Shown here: positions 57,676 through 64,000 of the stretch, piece by piece
How positions within the stretch are numbered: position 1 is the stretch's first letter
Layout: each line of letters opens with the position of its first letter
DNA from: an uncultured Lachnospiraceae bacterium
Lineage (GTDB): Bacteria > Bacillota > Clostridia > Lachnospirales > Lachnospiraceae
Reading direction: 5' to 3'
Length of the DNA stretch: 64,000 bases
Assembly (NCBI GenBank): GCA_964631375.1
Contig: CAZVYQ010000004.1
Coordinates: forward strand, 12,910 to 76,909
The notes under the pieces: model-generated
What the model saw: the letters and a program-made list of their open reading frames with translations, nothing else
The model's database searches: none
What the model was told of the DNA's origin: nothing
Translations under genes and position numbers: made by a program

Positions 57676-58758
57676 ATGATTGTTTTAAATGACCTGTTAA
57701 AGGAAGCAGGAGAGCATGGGGCATCGGATCTGCACCTTTCTGCAGGTGTACAGCCTAAGATGCGAATTGACGGAAAATTAAAGAATATGCCGTATGAGAA
57801 GCTGGCACCAAGCGATACGCTGGAGATCTTAGTTGGTGTGATGACGGTGGAACAGAGAGAGCGTTTTGAGGAACGCGGAGAAATGGATATTTCCTTTTCG
57901 ATTCCGAAACTCGGCAGATACAGAATGAGTGCCTATAAACAACGCGGCACAGTGGCTCTTGCAGTCAGGATTATGGGAAATGATTTCTCTATCGCAGAAA
58001 ATCTGGGCATACCAAAGGCATTTTTGGATCTGCATAATAGAAAGAGAGGTTTGATCCTGGTGACCGGTCCGGCAGGAAGTGGACTGTCCACCACGGTGGC
58101 TGCTTTGATTGACCGGATGAATCATATGGAGGAATCCGTGATCATCACTCTGGAGGATCCGATTGAATACATGCACCATCATCATAAAAGTATGGTGAAT
58201 CAGAGAGAAATCGGTCTGGATACGAAGAATTATGCGACGGCTTTACAATCAGTCCTGAGAGAAGATCCTGATGTGATTTATATCGGAACCGTACCGGACA
58301 TTGAGACGACCCGCATTGCTCTTGCTGCAGCAGAGGCAGGCTGTCTGGTGATTACAACCATGCATACAATCGGAGCGTATCAGACACTACAGCAGATGAT
58401 TCATGGATTTCCGGTACAGGAACAGGAACAGATCCGTCTCCAGATTGCAGGCATATTGACAGCAGTTGTTTCTCAACAGCTGGTTCCCGTCGCTGAGGGA
58501 CAGGGACGTATCCCTGCATTTGAAGTGATGCTTGCAGATGGCAGAGTTCGCGAGATGATCAGAGCCAATCGGCTCGAGGAACTTCCTGATCTCATAATGG
58601 AGAGCGAGGAAGGCGGCATGCGTTTGATGGATGATTCATTAATCGAACTATACAGAGAAGGAAAGATATCAGGTGGATATGCAGTTCGCTTTGCAGTTGA
58701 TAAGGAACGTGTACTTGAACAAACAGGAGATGACGGATGGATAAAGGATATGCAGTAG
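57676..58758 (+). CDS. PilT-like hexameric ATPase homolog with degenerate Walker A and Walker B (predicted pseudo-ATPase)
   Basis: It aligns end to end with PilT (ASDLHLSAG, ITLEDPIEY, REDPDV). Walker A is GPAGSGLST, with Leu codon CTG at 58084-58086 in place of Lys. GEMRD is replaced by GTVPD. Confidence 0.8.
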   Translation: MIVLNDLLKEAGEHGASDLHLSAGVQPKMRIDGKLKNMPYEKLAPSDTLEILVGVMTVEQRERFEERGEMDISFSIPKLGRYRMSAYKQRGTVALAVRIMGNDFSIAENLGIPKAFLDLHNRKRGLILVTGPAGSGLSTTVAALIDRMNHMEESVIITLEDPIEYMHHHHKSMVNQREIGLDTKNYATALQSVLREDPDVIYIGTVPDIETTRIALAAAEAGCLVITTMHTIGAYQTLQQMIHGFPVQEQEQIRLQIAGILTAVVSQQLVPVAEGQGRIPAFEVMLADGRVREMIRANRLEELPDLIMESEEGGMRLMDDSLIELYREGKISGGYAVRFAVDKERVLEQTGDDGWIKDMQ

Positions 58759-59849
58759 CGTTTAGCAATCAAATAAATGCGGCAGAGGCCATTGATGACA
58801 TATACATCCAACTGGGTGAAATCGAACCCCGTTTTCTGATGCTTTATTCGGATGTGGAGAATTTTGCATTTTATTCCGAAAAACTACATCAGAAGTATCA
58901 GGAAGCTGTGCTGATTGGTGCGACTACCTATCTTGCACTATCCTCGAGAGGATATTCCAAGACGGGACTGAGTGTACTTGCTGTGGCAGACGGCATTGAA
59001 TGCTCTGGTGGTGTGATTGAGGATGCAGTACGCTTTCCAGATAAATATCAGGATGTGATCAGAGAATGTGCAGGACATTTTCCGAATACAGACAACTGTT
59101 GCTGCTTTGAATTAACTACGGCTTTTGGAGACTGCGAAGAAATCGTACAGGATACCTTTCGCAGTGTATTGGAGGAAAAAGAGATTCCTGTCATTGGAGG
59201 TACAGCCGGAAATACGAGTGATACAAAGGAATCCTATGTATCCCTAAATGGTGAGGTGTATACGGGAGCATGTGTATTCGCGATTGTAAAAAATCTCAAC
59301 GGAGCCATTCGATTATATCGTGAAAATCTCTATCGGCCAACAGATCAATTTTTTGATGTGACAGATGTCGATTGTGAAGAACGAACAGTCTATGAATTTG
59401 ACGGGAAGCCAGCTGCAAAGGTTATGGCAAAAGCACTGGGAGTGACAGTGGAAGAACTGCCGGACTATCTGCCGTCACATCCGCTTGGCAGGATCGTCAA
59501 CGGTAATATTTACATTACAGATCATCATGCAGTCACATCGGATAGTGCATTGACTTATTTTGCACGTATTTATAATCACACGATGGTAGTACTGCTAACC
59601 CCCGAGGATCCGCAGACCGTATTAAGTGATACGATTGGGCAGATTCGAAAGGAAACAGAAAGTATCCGATTTATGTTTGTCGTGAATTGTCTGACGCGCT
59701 CTCGATTATTTGAACAAAACGGGAATTTGGAGCGATTTACAGATCGATTACGAGATGAATTGGGAGAGTATGCAGGAGTATCCGGCTATGGAGAACAGAT
59801 GAATTTTGAACATTTAAATCAGACGATGCTCATTGCAGTCTTTGAGTGA
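58737..59849 (+). CDS. Stand-alone FIST (FIST_N plus FIST_C) sensory domain protein
   Basis: FLMLYSD...AVLIGATT, PVIGGTAGN and the C-terminal YGEQ...HLNQTMLIAVFE match the FIST pattern. 22-nt overlap with the pilT-like gene. Confidence 0.65.
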   Translation: MDKGYAVAFSNQINAAEAIDDIYIQLGEIEPRFLMLYSDVENFAFYSEKLHQKYQEAVLIGATTYLALSSRGYSKTGLSVLAVADGIECSGGVIEDAVRFPDKYQDVIRECAGHFPNTDNCCCFELTTAFGDCEEIVQDTFRSVLEEKEIPVIGGTAGNTSDTKESYVSLNGEVYTGACVFAIVKNLNGAIRLYRENLYRPTDQFFDVTDVDCEERTVYEFDGKPAAKVMAKALGVTVEELPDYLPSHPLGRIVNGNIYITDHHAVTSDSALTYFARIYNHTMVVLLTPEDPQTVLSDTIGQIRKETESIRFMFVVNCLTRSRLFEQNGNLERFTDRLRDELGEYAGVSGYGEQMNFEHLNQTMLIAVFE

Positions 59850-59890
59850 TCTGAAATCATAACAAAGCAATGTTACGAGAGGATAAAGCC

Positions 59891-62485
59891 ATGTCACGAT
59901 ATAATAATGGTCTGATCTATACCAACGACAAATGCATTGGATGTAATAAATGTATCTTTGAGTGTCCGGTCATCGGTGCCAATGTCTCCGTTTATCAGAA
60001 TGGGATGAACCGAATCATGGTCAATGAGAAGAAGTGCATTCATTGTGGACATTGCCTCAATACCTGTACACATGATGCACGGGATTATCATGACGATACA
60101 GAACTTTTTTTTGAGGATTTGTCAGCAGGAAACCAGATTGCACTTGCGATTGCACCTTCTTTTTATATCAATTACCCACAGCAGGCCTCTCATATTTTGG
60201 GCTATCTTCGATCACTGGGTGTGGGAAAGATCTATGATGTGGGATTTGGAGCGGATATCGCCACCTATTGCCATATCAAATACATCGAACAGTCTGATGA
60301 AGATAATGGTCAAGGCAAAGCGTATTTGGCCAGAACCTGTCCGGCTCTTGTCAATTATATGGAGTGCTGCGAACCAGAGATGGTGGATCTTTTGATCCCG
60401 ATCCATTCACCGGTGATTTGTCTGGGTATCTATGTCCATCAATACCTGAAAGAGAAAACAGATATTGCGTTTATCAGTCCGTGTATTGCCAAAAAGGATG
60501 AAATCGATGCTGCAACAACGGGTGGGAACATTCGCTATAATGTAACCTACAAGCATCTGATGAAAAGACTAAAGGACATTGATCTAAGTGATTATCAAGC
60601 AGAAAGTGACCTCAAACCAATTGGTCTCGGAAACTTGTTTCCGATGACGGGAGGGTTTAAGGAGTATATTGAGCATTTTATTCCCAGAGAAAAGCTTGTC
60701 TTACGTATGGAGGGGTTTCCTGCAAAGCATGAGCAGCTGTGTGATTATTGTAACAACATCAATCAATCAGACGAAAAACCATGTCTGATTGATATTTTGA
60801 GCTGCAGTCATGGCTGTCTGACAGGACCGGCATCAGAGCCGGATAATTTCCATCTGGTCAATATGCTGTCCGGCTACAGAAAGACACGCAAGGAAACACA
60901 GGAAGGGTTTCTGCAGGATACGGATACAATGGCTGAACGCAGAGAGAGGCTGGAGAATTATTTTTCCGAGCTTGATCTGTCTGACTTTCATTGTGGATAT
61001 ACAGACCGATATCATCAGTCGTTTCACATTCCGGAAAGTACCTATGATGAGATATTTAATACCATGTATAAATATACCGAGGCAGATCGAAATATCAATT
61101 GCCATTCCTGCGGTTATTCTTCCTGCCGTGATATGGTGACGGCTATCGCATACGGCTATAATTGCATGGAAAATTGTGTACATTATACCAAGGATGAGGT
61201 GATGCGACTATACTACACAGACCCTCTGACCGAGATTGCAAACAAGGCGGCATTTATTCGTGACACGACAGAATTATTGCAGAACAATGAGAATACGCAA
61301 TATGTCATCTGTACCATAGACATCAATAATTTTACGGCCGTCAACGATATGTATGGATTCGAGAGGGGTAATCAGGTTCTTCGCTTTTTGGCACGCCGAC
61401 TGCATCAATACTCTCAAGCAGACGGAACCTGTGCCAGACTTGATACCGATCATTTCGCATTATGTGTTCCTTATGAGAAGAGCAGACTGGTGTTTTTTGA
61501 AGAAAAGCCATACTATGATGCGAATGATCTCAACGTTGATTTTCCGATCACGGTGCGTTTTGGGCTGTATCTGGTAGAGGATTCCTATGAGCAGGTTGAC
61601 AAGATGCTGGATCTGTCTGCGATTGCAATGAATCAAAATACAGATAAGAGCAGAAATACATACTTTTTCTATAATGATGATATACGAAAGGAACTTCTCG
61701 AGGAAGCAAGTATCGCCCGTCATATGCGTGAGGCAATCAAAAACGAGGAATTCCAGACTTATCTTCAGCCACAGTATAATCATGCGACCGGAGAACTGGT
61801 AGGAGCAGAGGTATTATGCCGATGGATCAGATCAGACGGTAGTATGATTTCGCCTGATGCTTTTATTCATATCTTTGAGAAGAACGGTTTCATTAGAGAA
61901 TTGGATTATTATATGTGGGACAAGACTTTTCAGCTTGTGCGTAAATGGCTGGATGAGGGAAAGGACCCAGTACCGGTCGCAGTGAATATATCACGAATCA
62001 GTCTGAAGGATGTCAATCTCTGTGAGACCTTCCAACAGTTGAGCGATCGATATCAAATTGAACCGGAAAGAGTGCATCTTGAGATCACAGAAGGTGCATA
62101 TATGCAAAATCAGAGGCAGATCATAGAAATCATAGAAAAATTGCAAAAATGTGGATTTATTATTGCAATGGATGATTTTGGAAGTGGCTATTCCTCTCTG
62201 AACACACTGAAAAGTGTCCCAATTGACATTTTAAAGTTGGATATGGGATTTCTGCGTGGTAAGGACGATCAGAATAAGGGTAGCAGCATCATCAGCTTTG
62301 TGATCAGAATGGCAGAGGCTTTGGGGCTTGCAACCATTGCAGAGGGCGTGGAAACCATTGATCAGGCTGACTTCTTAAAGAGCATCGGATGTGATATGAT
62401 ACAGGGCTTTTTATATGCCAGACCTATGCCGGTGGAACAGTACGAGAAAATATTATTCAATGGAAATAATAGGATTGACAAATGA
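59891..62485 (+). CDS. 2x[4Fe-4S] ferredoxin plus [FeFe]-hydrogenase-like (H-cluster-type) domain plus Cx2Cx4C motif, fused to a degenerate GGDEF and an EAL
   Basis: CIGCNKCIFECP and CIHCGHCLNTC. H-cluster-like motifs RTCP, SPCIAKKDE (PCxxKxxE) and SCSHGCLTG (CxxGCxxG). CHSCGYSSC. The GGDEF position reads LDTDHF. The EAL has EVLCRW, VNISR, EITEG, DDFGSGYSSL, EGVET and QGFLY. Confidence 0.75.
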   Translation: MSRYNNGLIYTNDKCIGCNKCIFECPVIGANVSVYQNGMNRIMVNEKKCIHCGHCLNTCTHDARDYHDDTELFFEDLSAGNQIALAIAPSFYINYPQQASHILGYLRSLGVGKIYDVGFGADIATYCHIKYIEQSDEDNGQGKAYLARTCPALVNYMECCEPEMVDLLIPIHSPVICLGIYVHQYLKEKTDIAFISPCIAKKDEIDAATTGGNIRYNVTYKHLMKRLKDIDLSDYQAESDLKPIGLGNLFPMTGGFKEYIEHFIPREKLVLRMEGFPAKHEQLCDYCNNINQSDEKPCLIDILSCSHGCLTGPASEPDNFHLVNMLSGYRKTRKETQEGFLQDTDTMAERRERLENYFSELDLSDFHCGYTDRYHQSFHIPESTYDEIFNTMYKYTEADRNINCHSCGYSSCRDMVTAIAYGYNCMENCVHYTKDEVMRLYYTDPLTEIANKAAFIRDTTELLQNNENTQYVICTIDINNFTAVNDMYGFERGNQVLRFLARRLHQYSQADGTCARLDTDHFALCVPYEKSRLVFFEEKPYYDANDLNVDFPITVRFGLYLVEDSYEQVDKMLDLSAIAMNQNTDKSRNTYFFYNDDIRKELLEEASIARHMREAIKNEEFQTYLQPQYNHATGELVGAEVLCRWIRSDGSMISPDAFIHIFEKNGFIRELDYYMWDKTFQLVRKWLDEGKDPVPVAVNISRISLKDVNLCETFQQLSDRYQIEPERVHLEITEGAYMQNQRQIIEIIEKLQKCGFIIAMDDFGSGYSSLNTLKSVPIDILKLDMGFLRGKDDQNKGSSIISFVIRMAEALGLATIAEGVETIDQADFLKSIGCDMIQGFLYARPMPVEQYEKILFNGNNRIDK

Positions 62486-62664
62486 TAACCCGTCCATTAT
62501 CATGATTTATGAGTCTGTTAGTTCCTGAGTCTATTTCCTTTGAGGGTTTCTGTATTTCCATAGGATTTTTTCATTCATCCTGCTAATCCATGTGATGATT
62601 ATTTAGTTAATTCATGTTATAATGTTAAGGTTACATCAGTGAGACGACACAGGTGGAGGACAGA

Positions 62665-63174
62665 ATGCAGATAGATGAGATGTATGAACAGTATTATCCC
62701 AAGGTATATAACTATGTATACTATCGTTTGATGAACAGAGAGCGTACGGAGGATATTGTCAGCAGTGTGTTTGTCAAGGTGGTCTCCTGCTGGGATACCT
62801 ATGATGCGAGTAAAGCATCGTTCGGTACATGGATTTTCAGGATTACACAGAACACATTAATTGATTATTACCGTCTCAACAAACAGGTTGCTTCTACAGA
62901 GGAGATCGAATATGAGATGTCTGTAGAGTTTGAGGGAGAGGAAATGATTCTTCAAGAGGAGACGAACCGGGAGGTACATCGCATCCTGATGACACTCAAT
63001 GAATCTGAGCGTGAACTGCTATATCTGAAGTTTTACGCAGAGAAGAAAAACAGGCAGATCGGTGAACTGCTCGGAATGACAGAGACAGCTGTGTCAACTA
63101 AGCTTTCGAGGGTCTTACATAAATTAAGGAATGTAATGAAAGAAGCAGATTTTATGGAACTGGGTTTACAATAA
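62665..63174 (+). CDS. ECF-type sigma-70 family sigma factor
   Basis: Region 2 (EDIVSSVFVKV...WIFRITQNTLIDYYR) and region 4 (ELLYLKFY...IGELLGMTETAVSTKLSRVLHKL). Confidence 0.8.
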   Translation: MQIDEMYEQYYPKVYNYVYYRLMNRERTEDIVSSVFVKVVSCWDTYDASKASFGTWIFRITQNTLIDYYRLNKQVASTEEIEYEMSVEFEGEEMILQEETNREVHRILMTLNESERELLYLKFYAEKKNRQIGELLGMTETAVSTKLSRVLHKLRNVMKEADFMELGLQ

Positions 63175-63254
63175 AGAATGTGACGATTTTTACGTCAGAT
63201 CGTATAATTAGGTAAAAAGTACTATAACTATTTGAAACACAGGAGGGCAATGAT

Positions 63255-63437
63255 ATGGCAGAATTAATTCGTGATGAAGATCTGGAACAGGTTGATGGTG
63301 GCAGACGAATAGCAAGATGCGGTGAAAAAAAGGTATTAACAGGAACAGAATGGGTTTGTACATGTGGACGTAAGAATAAAATAACGGATATAGAATGTGC
63401 ATGTGGAAAAAGCAACCCCAATCTTAAAAAGGCGTAG
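63255..63437 (+). CDS. 60-aa peptide: double-glycine-type leader followed by a Lys/Cys-rich, zinc-ribbon-like core
   Basis: MAELIRDEDLEQVDGG, then RRIARCGEKKVLTGTEWVCTCGRKNKITDIECACGKSNPNLKKA. GGAGGG RBS 7 nt upstream. Confidence 0.45.
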   Translation: MAELIRDEDLEQVDGGRRIARCGEKKVLTGTEWVCTCGRKNKITDIECACGKSNPNLKKA

Positions 63438-63485
63438 CATTTTGCATTCAGGAGCCAATCTGCATGGACGAAGGGATGTGCTGAT

Positions 63486-63674
63486 ATGAGTAATATATTT
63501 CAACGTGCCGATTTTTCAAGAGATGATTCGGTCAAACAATCAATTTATCATCAGATGAAACAAACGGTGCATGACAGTCGGATCACTGTGCTCCCTGACC
63601 AGTTGAGTGATGATGATCTGGAACAGGTAGCAGCGGCCGGACTGCCGGTGAAAAGGGATATCCCCGTTCAATAA
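63486..63674 (+). CDS. 62-aa peptide with an LSDDDLEQVAAAG leader-like motif near the C-terminus
   Basis: The same DLEQV motif as the preceding ORF. Only 10-12 residues follow it (LPVKRDIPVQ). The RBS is weak. Confidence 0.35.
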   Translation: MSNIFQRADFSRDDSVKQSIYHQMKQTVHDSRITVLPDQLSDDDLEQVAAAGLPVKRDIPVQ

Positions 63675-63795
63675 TACAATTCTGAAACACAATCTTATGG
63701 CGGCCGGATGCTTAGGCACCCGGTGATCTGCCATTTTCCACGAAAGAGAAAATATAATATGATAGCGAAACCACTGGAATATGAAAGGAGTTTTT

Positions 63796-64000
63796 ATGTA
63801 CAGTAGTGTTATTTCCGGTGGCCTTAAGGGACTGGAAAGCTACCAGGTGCATGTTGAAGTAGATATATCTACGGGCATGCCTTGCTTTGATATGGTCGGC
63901 TTTCTGGGAAGTGAGGTCCGAGAAGCGAGAGAACGCGTTAGAACGGCTTTGGGAAACAGCGGTTTTTCTCTGCCGCCCAAACGAATCACAGTGAATCTGT
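63796..64000 (+). CDS. comM: YifB/ComM-family Mg-chelatase-like ATPase; N-terminal part only, continuing beyond the window
   Basis: MYSSVISGGLKGLESYQVHVEVDISTGMPCFDMVGF...RERV..AL.NSGF..P..RITVNL is the typical YifB N-terminus. AAAGGAG RBS. Confidence 0.8.
   Translation, partial: MYSSVISGGLKGLESYQVHVEVDISTGMPCFDMVGFLGSEVREARERVRTALGNSGFSLPPKRITVNL

Noticed and set aside
1-64000. Search by eye for tRNA/rRNA genes, CRISPR arrays, IS elements, integrases, phage genes, toxin-antitoxin pairs and classical defence systems
   Set aside because: I found no regularly spaced repeat array, no transposase- or integrase-like ORF, and no cloverleaf-like or rRNA-like conserved stretch. The absence is based on visual reading only and should be confirmed with dedicated tools.

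Overview
Chromosomal segment of a spore-forming Firmicute (Clostridia, probably Lachnospiraceae-like; taxonomy is inferred from gene content and about 42-45 percent GC by eye). It is densely coding, with about 60 genes, mostly on the + strand. I saw no rRNA, tRNA, CRISPR array, transposase or integrase.

Gene content from left to right:
- A short UvrA paralog translationally coupled to a serine hydrolase.
- Rubrerythrin, a PBP5-type carboxypeptidase and a two-gene SufC/SufBD-like pair.
- A LytTR two-component system, dGTPase and a DEAD-box helicase.
- A raffinose/melibiose-type sugar block (GH36, GPH symporter, GH13).
- An SPFH protein with three zinc ribbons.
- A cobalamin riboswitch driving a DUF4430 protein plus a membrane protein.
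- An MFS transporter preceded by two unannotated mini-peptides, and a KdpD-C-terminal/KdpE-like two-component system.
- cysK-carB-serS, an ECF sigma/anti-sigma pair, an NYN-LOTUS protein and a cytoplasmic GH9.
- The conserved sporulation/translation block rpsT-gpr-spoIIP-lepA-hemW.

The most interesting region is 51-62.5 kb. It is a c-di-GMP-related island surrounding a pro-sequence-less sigK-ctp pair. It holds a large PAS-GGDEF-PAS-GGDEF-EAL protein. This is followed by a probable four-gene operon: an HD-GYP-like protein without the GYP motif, a PilT homolog with its Walker A lysine and Walker B glutamate replaced, a stand-alone FIST protein, and a [FeFe]-hydrogenase-like Fe-S sensor domain fused to GGDEF-EAL.

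A second candidate lies at the right end. An ECF sigma factor is followed by two small ORFs carrying double-glycine-type leader motifs.

All calls rest on reading motifs in the supplied translations and DNA. No database search was run.
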